Assembly: GCA_963778545.1 (NCBI GenBank)
Contig: CAVZUW010000012.1
Coordinates: forward strand, 192,194 to 256,193
Reading direction: 5' to 3'
DNA from: an uncultured Actinomycetes bacterium
Lineage (GTDB): Bacteria; Actinomycetota; UBA4738; HRBIN12
Length of the DNA stretch: 64,000 bases
Shown here piece by piece: positions 12,387 to 22,058 of this stretch (position 1 is its first letter; the number at the start of each line of letters is the position of its first letter). Under the pieces are notes generated by a model. It was not told where the DNA came from. It was given only the letters and a program-made list of their open reading frames with translations, and made no database searches. The position numbers and the translations under genes were made by a program.

Positions 12387-13389
12387 ATGGCCATCGGGAA
12401 GCCAGATCTCCCATCACAGGATGAGGGCGATGACAACGGTCTGCCGGCGGAGGCAGGTCTCATGAGCGACGCGAGTTCCCCCGAGGCCGTGACTCCACTC
12501 GAGGCCGCGACGCAACCCGAGGCCGCGACGTCCGACTACGAGGCCGACTCGACGAGCGCACGCAGCCCGAGGCCGCGACGCCGATCGAGGCCGCGACGCA
12601 GCCGGAGCCCGAGGCCGCGACGCCGATCGAGGCCGCGACGCAAACCGAGGCCGCGACGCCGATCGAGGCCGCGACTCCACCCGAGGCCGCGACGCAACCC
12701 GAGTCTGCCGGCATGCCCGAGTCCGAGTTCGACACGGTTCGGCGCGGACTCGCCCCCGATCAGGTGGCCAGCTACCTCAAGCGCGTGGCGACGAGCGTGC
12801 TGAGCCTCGAGGCGAGACTCAGCGACACGACGTCCGAACTCCTCGAGACGAGGCGGGAACGCGACAACGCGCGAGCGGAGCTCGAGGCGGCCTCTGCCGC
12901 CCGAGATCCGTACGTGAACGTGTCCGATCAAGTGACGGGGCTCGTTCGGAGCTTCGACCACCAGATGAGCGGGCTGCTGCGCGACGCCGAGGCCGAGGCC
13001 GAGCGTGTCCGGTCCGAGGTACGGATCGAGGCCGACCGCATCCTCGCGCATGCGCAAGAGGAGGCGGAGCGCATCGTCGAGGAGGCGGAGGAGGAAGCGG
13101 ACCGGACGCGTGCGGATGCGCGGTTGGTGGAGGAGGAGTCCCGGATGCGGGCCGGACGGCTGATGCTCGAGGCGCGGCAGGAGGCCGACCAAGCCGAGAG
13201 TCATCTCGCGACGCTGCGAGGAACGATGCTCGACACGTTCCGGGATATCCGCGAGCGCACCCGCGCGGCGCTGGGCGAGGTCGAGGCCGTGATCGAGAGC
13301 GAGGCGACGTCCGACCGGCTGGTGATCGTCGACGATGCCGCCGGGTCCAGCCCCGGCGGACCTTCCGGAGGTTCCCCAGACCGGATCTG
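12387..13389 (+). CDS. DivIVA-domain protein with acidic EAAT-repeat N-terminus; frame break near 12560, 3' end uncertain
   Basis: ATG 12387 behind AGGGAGGGG. DivIVA signature FDTVRRGLAPDQVASYLKRV followed by a long coiled coil (EAEAERVRSEVRIEADRILAHAQEEAERIVEEAEEEA). As written, the frame reads on for 700 nt into the next gene, so the true stop (possibly TGA 13387-13389 in frame +1) is inferred. Confidence 0.6.
12501..12700 (+). repeat. 18-nt-period tandem repeat (GAGGCCGCGACGnnnnnn), about 9 copies, encoding EAAT(P/Q)x
   Basis: GAGGCCGCGAC starts at 12501, 12519, 12569, 12587, 12611, 12629, 12647, 12665 and 12683. The first two copies are in a different frame phase from the remaining seven. 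Confidence 0.9.
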
Positions 13390-13448
13390 TGATCCGAGGC
13401 CGGACGACGGCCGGTGCGATCGCGGGTCGTTCGGTAACCTGTGCCGCC

Positions 13449-14313
13449 GTGCCGAAGAGGACCCGCAACCGACAGCTCGCCAGGCAGCACGAGCGGCGCC
13501 AGGCCGAGCGCCTGCAGCAGCAGCGCAAGCGCCAGGTGACGACGATCGTGGTCGCACTCGTGATCGCGCTCGTGGGTGGTGGCATCGCCTACTACGCGTT
13601 CGGGCTGGCGGCGACGACACCCAGGCGGGGGCCTCGGGCGGCGACGGGGTCCACGGGCGAGCCGACGACCGGGCCGACCGGTGCGACGTCGAGCCCGAAG
13701 ACCGTCAAGCCCACACCCGGACCCGCGGAGGTCGCCTGCGGCGGCACCGAACCCAAGGCGGCCACCAAGCCGAAGCCGCAGTTCTCGGCGCCCAAGCAGG
13801 TCGTGAAGCCGGGGACGACCTACACGGCGGAGATGCAGACCTCGTGCGGCACGATCGTGATCGAGCTCCTCGCCGACCAGGCGCCGCAGACGGTCAACTC
13901 GTTCGTGTTCCTCGCGCAGAGGGGCTACTTCGACGGGCAGCGGTTCCACCGGCTCGACACGTCGATCGACGTGATCCAGGGGGGCGATCCGACCGGGACC
14001 GGCTACGGGCGGCCCGGGCTACTCGATCCCCGACGAGCTCACCGGGAACGAGTCCTACGGGCCCGGCATCCTCGCGATGGCCAACGCCGGGCCCGACACC
14101 GGCGGGAGCCAGTTCTTCCTGATCACGGGCGACGCCGGCCACAACCTCGACGCGAATCCCGCGTACACGATCTTCGGGACGGTGGTCGAGGGTCTCGACG
14201 TCGCCAAGCAGATCCAGGAGCTGCCGATCCAGGACCCCTCGGCGGGCATCCGGGCCAGCAGCCGACAGCAGTCCGTCTACATCGAGAAGGTCACGATCCG
14301 CGAGGGCAGGTAA
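13449..14313 (+). CDS. membrane-anchored cyclophilin-type peptidyl-prolyl isomerase (PpiB-like), frame break at G-run 14007-14009
   Basis: Basic N-terminus plus TM ([21 protein letters not shown]) and a Pro/Thr linker. Cyclophilin core [20 protein letters not shown] then, after removing one [43 protein letters not shown]... Confidence 0.85.
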
Positions 14314-14330
14314 GGGTTAGGCTGCCGGTC

Positions 14331-14416
14331 GCCCGGGTGCCGGAACTGGCAGACGGATGCGCCTTAAAAGCGCTGGTCCCGAGAGGGACGTGTGGGTTCG
14401 AATCCCACCCCGGGCA
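14331..14416 (+). tRNA. tRNA-Leu, anticodon TAA (UAA), type II with long variable arm; CCA not encoded
   Basis: Acceptor GCCCGGG pairs with CCCGGGC plus discriminator A. Anticodon loop CTTAAAA, T-arm GGTTCGAATCC, long variable arm GGTCCCGAGAGGGAC. Confidence 0.9.
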
Positions 14417-14440
14417 CGCGGAACGCCGGCCGCGTTCGGC

Positions 14441-14830
14441 CTACTGCGGGACCCCGTCCACGAGCTCGATCGTCTTGCTGCGGTCGCCGCGGCAACCGGG
14501 CGAACGGCCCACCTTCGCGTAGAAGAACCCGTCCCGGAAGCCGGTGTTGCCGACCGACCACTCGCCGTGGTCGCCCTGCGGGTCCGAGGTGTCCGAGGCG
14601 ATCCGGTCGTCGGTGCTCGGGGACTGCTCGTCCCCCAGCTGCTCGAACACCGAGACGCGCCGGTCGCCGAGGCAGGACGCACTCGAGCTGACCAGCCGGC
14701 CGTGGAAGTCGCCGTTCGGACCTCGGATCGTGAGCCTGGTCGCCACGGAACCGCCCGCGGCGGCGACGCCGGCGAACGCGATGCTGCAGACCACGACACC
14801 GATCACCAAGACCGTGAGTCTCGATCTCAT
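14441..14830 (-). CDS. small secreted hypothetical protein
   Basis: ATG at 14830 gives the signal peptide MRSRLTVLVIGVVVCSIAFAGVAAAG. No recognisable family. Confidence 0.5.
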   Translation of the reverse strand: MRSRLTVLVIGVVVCSIAFAGVAAAGGSVATRLTIRGPNGDFHGRLVSSSASCLGDRRVSVFEQLGDEQSPSTDDRIASDTSDPQGDHGEWSVGNTGFRDGFFYAKVGRSPGCRGDRSKTIELVDGVPQ

Positions 14831-14968
14831 CTGGACGACCCCTCTCCTCGAACGGTCGAACGCGGGTCCTTCCATCGGCGCCTCTCGGCGCGATCCACCC
14901 GAGCTCGACCACGGAGCGCGATGATGACACGCTCGGTCGCCTGCGGGCGAATCCGCGAGTCTGCAACG

Positions 14969-16263
14969 TCAGCGGGCTGAGCCGTTGCGCGCCGCCGCCT
15001 CGATCAGGTCCGCGGCGCGCGAGATCCCGTCGGCCGAACGGATCGCGTCCCCGAGCGCCTCCGTCCGCGAACGCAGGTCTGGTCGGCGACGAGGCGGTCG
15101 ACCGCGCGGCGCAGCTCGTCGTCCTCGAACGCGTACGTGTCGAGCCGGACCCCCAGCCCGAGCTCGTCGACGCGCTGCGCGTTGTCGTACTGATCCCAGA
15201 ACAGCGGCAGCACGATCATCGGCTTGCCGAAGTGGAACGCCTCCGTCGTCGTGTTGTTGCCTCCGTGCGTGATCACCAGGTCGCAGTGGGGGATCACGTT
15301 GGTCTGGGGCACGCGCGCCTCGCCCCACATGTTGTCCGGCAGCTCGAACTCGTCGGCGCGCGGACCCTTCGAGACGACGTAGCGGTGGGGCGTCTCCGCG
15401 AGCACGCCAACCAGCCGCCGCATCAGCTCCACGTCCGCGGAGCCGAGCGAGCCGAGCGACAGGTACACGAGCGCGCCCTCACCGGCGAGCTCGTCGGGGA
15501 CCTCCCAGGCCTCCTCGGTCTGCCGGACGGAGGACTCGAGCCGGTGCCACGTGGGGGCCGGCGCGCCTGACCGCGGGTAGTCGGCGGCCTCGGGGAAGAC
15601 GTAGAGGTTGAGGTGCTCCGACTCGTGGATGAACTCGAGATCGGGGAGCGGCGGCGCGCCGCTGTCCACCATGAACGCGTTGAACCGTTCCCAGGTGTCG
15701 CGGTGGGTGCGTTCGACCTCGGCGCCGAACTCCTCCCATCCGGTCCGGTCGCTCGTGGGGTACCCGCTGAACGTCGGTGGGAGGGCGGGATCCTTCAGCT
15801 CGAGCGGGTTGCACGACATGATCCGCACCCACGGCGCGCCGTGGGTCATCAGCGCGGGGAAGCCGTTGACGTTGTCCTCGACGATGACGTCGGGTTCCGC
15901 CCGGTCCACGATCGCCGCGAGCTGGTCGTGGCAGTACATCGCCCCGTCGATCAGCGAGGACCAGACGGGTTCGATGAACGTCGCGAGCTGCTCGATCGTG
16001 GGCTTGCGGAACTCGGGCGCGGTCTCGGCGACGAAGTCGATCCAGAACTGGCCGGCATCCTGGTCGCCCTCGGCCGGCGGCGACAGGTCGACGAGGTCCT
16101 CCTCGAACCCGAGGGGCTCGAGCTTGCCCTTCCACGAGGCCTCGGCCGCGAACACGACGCGGTGCCCCCGGCGTTCGAGCACCTTGCCGATGCCGATGCA
16201 GTTGTTCGTCGGCCCGTACGCGCTCTCGGGCATGAACACGATCGTTCGCCGTTCGCCCGCCAT
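14969..16263 (-). CDS. GT1-family (UGT/MGT-like) glycosyltransferase, 1-nt deletion near 15077
   Basis: N-terminus IVFMPESAYGPTNNCIGIGKVLERRGHRV. C-terminal donor-binding region HCDLVITHGGNNTTTEAFHFGKPMIVLPLFWDQYDNA. The tail (DLRSRTEALGDAIRSADGISRAADLIEAA) is in another frame. GACCAGACC reads as GAC-CCA-GAC if one C is restored. Confidence 0.85.
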
Positions 16264-16342
16264 GCTGCGCCGCACCCTACCCCAGCGGCTCGCGCTCGCG
16301 TACGGCCGAACCCGATCGAACCATCGGCGTCGCGATCCGTCG

Positions 16343-16690
16343 CTAGTTGACGGTGATCCTCCCCGTCATCCCGCTGTGGATCGTGCAGTGGTACCGGAAG
16401 GTCCCGGCCCGGCGGAACCGGCGGCGGAAGGTGTCACCCGGCGACAGGCTCTGGTTCCACGCGCCCGTGTTCGACGTCGTGGTGTGGGTCCGGCTGCCCC
16501 CGTTCACCCACCGAACGACGTCGCCGCGGGCGACCGTGAGGTTCCGCGGCCGGAACGCGTTGTCGACGATCCGAACGCGGACGACCTGCGTCGCTCCGCT
16601 CGGTCCGTCGCCGCGCTCGCGCGCACCCACCGGCGGAGCCAGCACGACGAGGGCGAGGGCGACGGCCAGACATCGGATCGCTGCGCGCAT
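16343..16690 (-). CDS. secreted cupredoxin (plastocyanin/azurin-like type-1 copper protein)
   Basis: Signal peptide. Cu ligand pattern H (SRTHTT) ... YHCTIHSGMTG (C, H, M). Confidence 0.8.
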   Translation of the reverse strand: MRAAIRCLAVALALVVLAPPVGARERGDGPSGATQVVRVRIVDNAFRPRNLTVARGDVVRWVNGGSRTHTTTSNTGAWNQSLSPGDTFRRRFRRAGTFRYHCTIHSGMTGRITVN

Positions 16691-16749
16691 CAGGGGCTCC
16701 TCTCGATCGCGAACTCGGGTCTGCGTCGGCCCATCGTACGGCAGGGTCG

Positions 16750-17649
16750 TTGAATCGGGGCACCGGCTGGCCTACGGTCCGTGCGTCCGCAACGTCGTCA
16801 CACCGTGGAGGCGATCAGATCCAGGTGGACCACCGCGAGGCCGTCGAGCAGGCCGAGGACACGTCGGATCGCACCTGGTACGGGATCGATGGTCCGCGCC
16901 GCCGGCCCCGAACCCAGGTCTCGACCCCGGCGTCCGCCCCCGTGATCGCGCCGTCCGCCCCCGTGATCGCGCCGCCGCCCGTGGAAGCCGAGCGGGTCGT
17001 CGTGGTGCCGGAGTCCCCGCCGGCAACCGAGACCGATCCGGTTCGCACGACCGTTCGCGATCGCTGGCGACAGGAGTCGGAGGAGCGCTCGCGCGACCTC
17101 GCGACCCGACGTCCGATCGCGCAGCAGCCTCCTGGGTCCGACGCGGCCGCCCGCGATCTCCGCGACCTCGACGAGCGGTTCGACCTGCTGCGCGTCGCGG
17201 TGTCGACCGAGCTCGGGCGGCGGATCGACGCGTCGCTCGCACGCATGGAGGGGACCTTCGAGCGGGAGATCGAGGCGCTCCGGACCGCGAACCGCGAGGA
17301 GGCCAAGCGCCTACGCAGCTCGAACGGCGAGGCCTTCGTCCGGATCCGCGCCGCCGACACCCAGGAGCTCGAACGCATCCGGCGCGCGGTCGACGAGGGC
17401 ATCGAACGCCTGTGCAGCGTCCTCGAGGGTCAGCTCGACCGGGTCTGGGGTGCCAACGACGTCGAGCTCGAACGGATCCGCTCCGTCGGCGCCGACCGGC
17501 TCGCCGAGGTGCACGACCTCCTCACGCACCAGGTGGAGCGTCTGCGGATGGAACAGGCGCCGGAGCCTGCGCCCGAGCCCCCACCCGAGCCGCCCTCACC
17601 GTCACGGCGACGGTGGATGCGCCGATCCCGGAGCGAAGCGACCGGCTGA
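16750..17649 (+). CDS. hypothetical coiled-coil protein (alternative start GTG 16825)
   Basis: Pro-rich N-terminal part, then heptad-like repeats (ELERIR, ERLRME). No family recognised. Confidence 0.45.
   Translation: MNRGTGWPTVRASATSSHRGGDQIQVDHREAVEQAEDTSDRTWYGIDGPRRRPRTQVSTPASAPVIAPSAPVIAPPPVEAERVVVVPESPPATETDPVRTTVRDRWRQESEERSRDLATRRPIAQQPPGSDAAARDLRDLDERFDLLRVAVSTELGRRIDASLARMEGTFEREIEALRTANREEAKRLRSSNGEAFVRIRAADTQELERIRRAVDEGIERLCSVLEGQLDRVWGANDVELERIRSVGADRLAEVHDLLTHQVERLRMEQAPEPAPEPPPEPPSPSRRRWMRRSRSEATG
16931..16972 (+). repeat. perfect 21-bp tandem duplication (CGTCCGCCCCCGTGATCGCGC x2) encoding SAPVIAP twice
   Basis: Read directly from the sequence. In frame inside the 16750-17649 ORF. 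Confidence 0.9.
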
Positions 17650-17655
17650 CGCAGG

Positions 17656-18753
17656 TCAGAAGGGCAGCGCGCCGGACGCGCAGACGATCAGCAGGAACCC
17701 GTGCGGGTCGACCGCGTCACCGTTGCCCGGGTGCCATTCGAAGTGGTCGTGCGGCCCGCCCGCGTTGCCCGTCGCGCCGACGTAGCCGATCACGTCGCCC
17801 GCCTGCACCGTCCCGAGCTGTCCGAACCGCGACAGGTGCGCGTTGTAGACGTAGCCGAACTCGCCGAACACCTTGACCGCGAGGCCGCCGACGTGGTTCG
17901 TCGCGGTGACGGCCACGCCGTCGAACGGCGCGACGATCGGGACGCCCATCGCCGCGTAGATGTCGTTGCCCTGGTGGATGTGGTCGCCGCCCTGGTTCTT
18001 CGGGTGGTGGACCATGATCCCGAAGTCGTCGGCGATCGCGTGCGGTCCGGCGAGCGGGCACACCGAGAAGGGGCGGATCTTCGAGATCTCGTACTGGATC
18101 TGCTCGACGCGGTCGCGCAGCCCGGCGACGAGCCGCTTGGACTGCGCCATGGTCTTGCGGAGCTCCTTTTGGTCGAGCTCGAGGCGCCGCTTCGTGAGCT
18201 CGATCACCTGGCGGGCGCGGACCACCTCGCCCTGGCTCCGTGCCAGCCGGTCCGAGGCCTCGTGCACCTTGGTCGCCAGGACCGCGTCCCGGCGGTTCAT
18301 CTCGGTCAGGAACGACATCCGCGACGCGGCCTCGGCCGCCGAGGTGGCGGTCAGCAGATACAGGACCGGCGCCCCGCCGAACATGTACGCCTCGCGGTTG
18401 CGCTCGTCGAGCTTGGACTGGAGCAGGGAAGCGCGGACCCGCAGGATCGTCATCTCGCGCTCGAGCTTGTCGATGCGCTCCTCCGCGGCCACGATGTCCG
18501 ACTGGCTCTTGGAGATCCGGGTGGCGAGGCCGTTCATACGCCGCTGCAGCTTGCGGATCTTCTTCAGCTGAGCCCGCACCTTGTCCTTGGTCGCGTGCAG
18601 CTCCTGCTTGGACTCCTTGAGCTGGTCGTCGGCGGATGCGAGACCCGAGAACGCGACCCCGGGCAGGCACGCCAGGACGAACGCGGCGACGGAAGCGGCC
18701 ACGATGCGGCGGGCGCGCGAAGCGCCGCCTCGAGGTGTGCGCGGGCTGGACAT
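17656..18753 (-). CDS. M23/LytM-family metallopeptidase with N-terminal coiled coil (EnvC-like architecture)
   Basis: Signal/anchor (VAASVAAFVLACLPGVAFS), about 200 aa of coiled coil, then an M23 core (HQGNDIYAAMGVPIVAPFDG ... GYVGATGNAGGPHDHFEW). Confidence 0.85.
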   Translation of the reverse strand: MSSPRTPRGGASRARRIVAASVAAFVLACLPGVAFSGLASADDQLKESKQELHATKDKVRAQLKKIRKLQRRMNGLATRISKSQSDIVAAEERIDKLEREMTILRVRASLLQSKLDERNREAYMFGGAPVLYLLTATSAAEAASRMSFLTEMNRRDAVLATKVHEASDRLARSQGEVVRARQVIELTKRRLELDQKELRKTMAQSKRLVAGLRDRVEQIQYEISKIRPFSVCPLAGPHAIADDFGIMVHHPKNQGGDHIHQGNDIYAAMGVPIVAPFDGVAVTATNHVGGLAVKVFGEFGYVYNAHLSRFGQLGTVQAGDVIGYVGATGNAGGPHDHFEWHPGNGDAVDPHGFLLIVCASGALPF

Positions 18754-18865
18754 CTCGGTGGATCGAACGTACCTGTGCGTACGCCCACGACAACCGCGCT
18801 AGGACGTAGGCCGCGCCCGAGCGCGCCGACCCCATCCGGGGGCGGCTCGGCCCTTCCGTCCCCAC

Positions 18866-20392
18866 ATGCTTGTCTCGGGCAGGGCGCGGGCTAGACTCCA
18901 CCTCCCCATGGGGCGTCTTCCCCGCCTTCGCCTCTTCTCGGGCGGCCGTGTCCGCACGGGCTCGCTCGTCGCGCTGGTCGTGCTGTTCCCCGCCGCGACC
19001 CTGGCGATGTCCGGCCTCAACCGGGATCGTCAGGGGGCCGAGGCTCGGGCCGCTGCCGCATCACCCGCCGCGCCCTCGCCCGGCGCGCACGAGGGGCCGC
19101 AGGGGATCTTCAAGCTGGACCACCTGATCTTCATCGTTCAGGAGAACCGCTCGTTCGATCACTACTTCGGGACCTACCCGGGCGCCGACGGTTTCGAGAT
19201 GGTCGGGGGGAAGCCGACGAACTGCGTCCCGGACCCGGTCCTCGGGCAGGAGTCGTGCGTGTACCACACCTCGATGGACGAGTTCAAAGGCGGTCCGCAC
19301 AGCCGGCCGGCGGCGCTCACGTCGATCGACGGGGGGGCGATGAACGGCTTCATCGACGCGCTCCCGCCCACCCCACGCTGGTGCGTGGACCGAGCGGCGC
19401 CCGAGTGCGACGGGTTCGTGGGCCCCGACGGTCAGCCGGACGTGATGAGCTACCTCACGCGACAGGACATCCCGAACTACTGGGCGTATGCCGACGCGTT
19501 CGTCCTGCAGGACCAGATGTTCGCGCCGACCGACGGATGGACCCTCCCGGCGCATCTGTTCCTGGTCTCGGGCTGGTCCGCGTACTGCTACGACCCGAAC
19601 GACCCCATGTCCTGCATCTCCGACGTCGATCTCAAGGAGGAGCACGAGCGGTTCGAGTACGGCGAGGACCCGATCTACGCGTGGACCGACATCACCTGGC
19701 TGTTGGATCGCGAGGGGGTCTCGTGGGGGTACTACGTCGCGCCCGGGACCTGTTCGTTCCCACCGTGCAACGGCCAGGCGATCGACGGTGCCGAAGGGTC
19801 GACCACGGCCACGAGGAACCCCCTGCCCGGGTTCACGGACCTGCACGAGACGGGCCAGCAGGACCACATCCTCGACTACCGGAACTTCGAGCGAGCCGCC
19901 GCTCGCGGAACGCTCCCGTCGGTCTCGTGGATCGTGCCGGGCGACGGCGTGAGCGAGCATCCGCAGTCGAGCCGCGGCGTCGCCGCCGGCATGGCGTACG
20001 TCACCCGGCTCGTGAACGCGGTGATGCGCGGGCCGGACTGGGAGAGCTCCGCGATCTTCATCACCTGGGACGACTGGGGCGGTTTCTACGACCACGTGAA
20101 CCCGCCGCTCGTCGACGAGAACGGGTACGGGTTGCGGGTCCCGGCGCTCCTGGTCAGCCCGTACGCACCGCGGGGGTCCATCGACCACCAGACGCTGACC
20201 TTCGACGCGTACCTCAAGCTGATCGAGGATCGGTTCCTGGGCGGTCAGCGGCTCGATCCGGCCACGGACGGACGCCCGGATTCGCGACCGCTCGTGCGCG
20301 AGACGTTGCCGATCCTCGGCGATCTCGCCCTGGCGTTCGATTTCGACCGGCCGCCGCGGCCGCCACTGATCCTCGACCCGACGCCGCGATGA
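18866..20392 (+). CDS. phosphoesterase family protein (phospholipase C / acid phosphatase AcpA type)
   Basis: IFIVQENRSFDHYFGTYPG motif. SWIVPGDGVSEHPQ and GYGLRVPALLVSPY are typical of this family. An N-terminal signal is present. Confidence 0.85.
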   Translation: MLVSGRARARLHLPMGRLPRLRLFSGGRVRTGSLVALVVLFPAATLAMSGLNRDRQGAEARAAAASPAAPSPGAHEGPQGIFKLDHLIFIVQENRSFDHYFGTYPGADGFEMVGGKPTNCVPDPVLGQESCVYHTSMDEFKGGPHSRPAALTSIDGGAMNGFIDALPPTPRWCVDRAAPECDGFVGPDGQPDVMSYLTRQDIPNYWAYADAFVLQDQMFAPTDGWTLPAHLFLVSGWSAYCYDPNDPMSCISDVDLKEEHERFEYGEDPIYAWTDITWLLDREGVSWGYYVAPGTCSFPPCNGQAIDGAEGSTTATRNPLPGFTDLHETGQQDHILDYRNFERAAARGTLPSVSWIVPGDGVSEHPQSSRGVAAGMAYVTRLVNAVMRGPDWESSAIFITWDDWGGFYDHVNPPLVDENGYGLRVPALLVSPYAPRGSIDHQTLTFDAYLKLIEDRFLGGQRLDPATDGRPDSRPLVRETLPILGDLALAFDFDRPPRPPLILDPTPR

Positions 20393-20533
20393 CCAGTCAC
20401 GGAGCGCTCATGTCGGGCATCCGGGCGAAGGTGCCTCCCCCCCGACGGGGGATAACGGCCTAGGACCCACCCGCCCTCAGAAGGGTCCGGGTGGCCCCTG
20501 CACAAGCCTCGCCGCACGGCCGAAGACTGAAGC

Positions 20534-21943
20534 ATGAGTGCTTGGCGTCCGAGATCCAGGGCCGGCCTGCTCGCCGCGTTGCTGTTGGTGTCCGCGGTGT
20601 TGGGCGCGATGGTCCAGTTCTCCCCGGGTCCGGCGAGCGCCGTCGAACCCCCCCCGAACATCGTGATGATCCTGACGGACGACCAGCGCGCGGACACGCT
20701 GGGGTTCATGCCGATCGTGCAACGGACGCTGGGCAAGCACGGCGTGACGTTCACGAACGCCTACGTCTCGAACCCCGTCTGCTGTCCGAGCCGCGCCACG
20801 ATCCTGACCGGCCTGTACTCGCACTCGACCGGTGTGTACACGAACGACCTGGACGGTGGGTTCGCGATGTTCGACGACAGCTCGACGATCGCGACGTGGT
20901 TGCAGGCCGCCGGGTACCACACGGGCCTGTTCGGCAAGTACCTGAACGGCTACGAGAGCGAGTACACCCCTCCCGGGTGGGACCGATGGTTCGCGACGCA
21001 CGAGAGCGGCGACTACTACGACTACTCCGCGACGTCGGACGGCACGATCGTGGACTTCGGGGACGATCCGAACGACTACGGGACCTCCGTGGTGGGCGAC
21101 CAGACGATCTCGTTCATCCGCGACACCCCCGCCGAGCAACCGCTGTTCGCGTACGTGAGCCTTCCCGCACCGCACGAGCCCGCGATCCCGGCTCCCGGTG
21201 ACCAGGACGGCTTCGGCAAGATCGAGCCCTGGCGACCGCCCAGCTACAACGAGAAGGACATGAAGGACAAGCCCCTGTACATCCGGGACAACCCCTGGCT
21301 GAAGGCCGACCGCCGTCGCGAGATCGACCGGGCCCGGGTCCGGATGCTCCGGACGCTCCCGGCGGTCGATCGCCTCGTCGGGGACGTCATCGACGCGCTG
21401 CGCGAGACCGGACGGCTCGAGAACACGATGGTGGTGTTCACCTCGGACAACGGCGTGTTGTGGGGCGAGCACCGGTGGGGTGCGAAGGACGTGCCGTACG
21501 AGGAGGCCGTCGCCGTCCCGCTCATCGTCCGGTACGACGCCCTGCTCTCCGGCGCCCGGCGGGACGCCAACCTCGTCACCAACCTCGACTTCGCACCCAC
21601 GTTCGCGGAGCTGGGCGGCGCGGTCGCCCCCGACATGGAGGGGATCAGCTTCCTCCCGCTGCTGCTCGGCCAGGCCGAGCTGTGGCGAGACGGGTTCCTG
21701 ATGGAACACATGGCCTCCCACGGCGGCAACGGCGTCCCCTCCTATTGCGGGTTCCACACGAAGCGCTACGTGCTCGTCCGCTACAACGGCGGTGACGGCG
21801 AGCTCTACGACCTTCGCGTCGATCCGTGGCAGCGAGACAACCTGTACGACCTGCCGGCGTACTCGGCGCTGCAGGCGTCGCTGAACGAGCGTCTGGTCGC
21901 CGCCTGCGTGCCCATGCCCCGCGGCCTGGTCCTCGGCGACTGA
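20534..21943 (+). CDS. secreted sulfatase (formylglycine-dependent)
   Basis: NIVMILTDDQRAD and CCPSRATILTGLY (CxPxR FGly motif), plus GKYLNGY and FTSDNG motifs. Confidence 0.9.
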   Translation: MSAWRPRSRAGLLAALLLVSAVLGAMVQFSPGPASAVEPPPNIVMILTDDQRADTLGFMPIVQRTLGKHGVTFTNAYVSNPVCCPSRATILTGLYSHSTGVYTNDLDGGFAMFDDSSTIATWLQAAGYHTGLFGKYLNGYESEYTPPGWDRWFATHESGDYYDYSATSDGTIVDFGDDPNDYGTSVVGDQTISFIRDTPAEQPLFAYVSLPAPHEPAIPAPGDQDGFGKIEPWRPPSYNEKDMKDKPLYIRDNPWLKADRRREIDRARVRMLRTLPAVDRLVGDVIDALRETGRLENTMVVFTSDNGVLWGEHRWGAKDVPYEEAVAVPLIVRYDALLSGARRDANLVTNLDFAPTFAELGGAVAPDMEGISFLPLLLGQAELWRDGFLMEHMASHGGNGVPSYCGFHTKRYVLVRYNGGDGELYDLRVDPWQRDNLYDLPAYSALQASLNERLVAACVPMPRGLVLGD

Positions 21944-22015
21944 CCGAGGAGACCCCTCGGCTGGGTGTTACCCTCGACGCGGTGGGCGAGGCTTCCAACG
22001 ATCCGTGCGCTCCGA

Positions 22016-22041
22016 GCAACCCTGGCCCTACCTCCGACGTT
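22016..22041 (+). promoter_or_regulatory. possible ECF-type autoregulatory promoter GCAACC-N16-CGTT
   Basis: AAC-containing -35-like hexamer at 22016-22021, a 16-nt spacer, and CGTT at 22038-22041, 18 nt before ATG 22059. Confidence 0.3.
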
Positions 22042-22058
22042 GCATAGGTAGCTGACTG

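Noticed and set aside
12501-12700. Regularly spaced GAGGCCGCGACG repeats, considered as a possible CRISPR array.
   Set aside because: The period is only 18 nt, with 6-nt variable parts and no spacers of phage-like length. The repeats are in frame and encode EAATxx, and no cas genes are present.
18754-18865. Possible cyclic-di-AMP (ydaO) or other riboswitch in front of the M23 cell-wall hydrolase, and possible PHO boxes in front of the phosphoesterase and sulfatase genes.
   Set aside because: The intergenic region is only about 110 nt and shared by divergent genes, which is too short for the riboswitch, and I saw none of its conserved stretches. No GTTCAC repeats occur upstream of 18866 or 20534.
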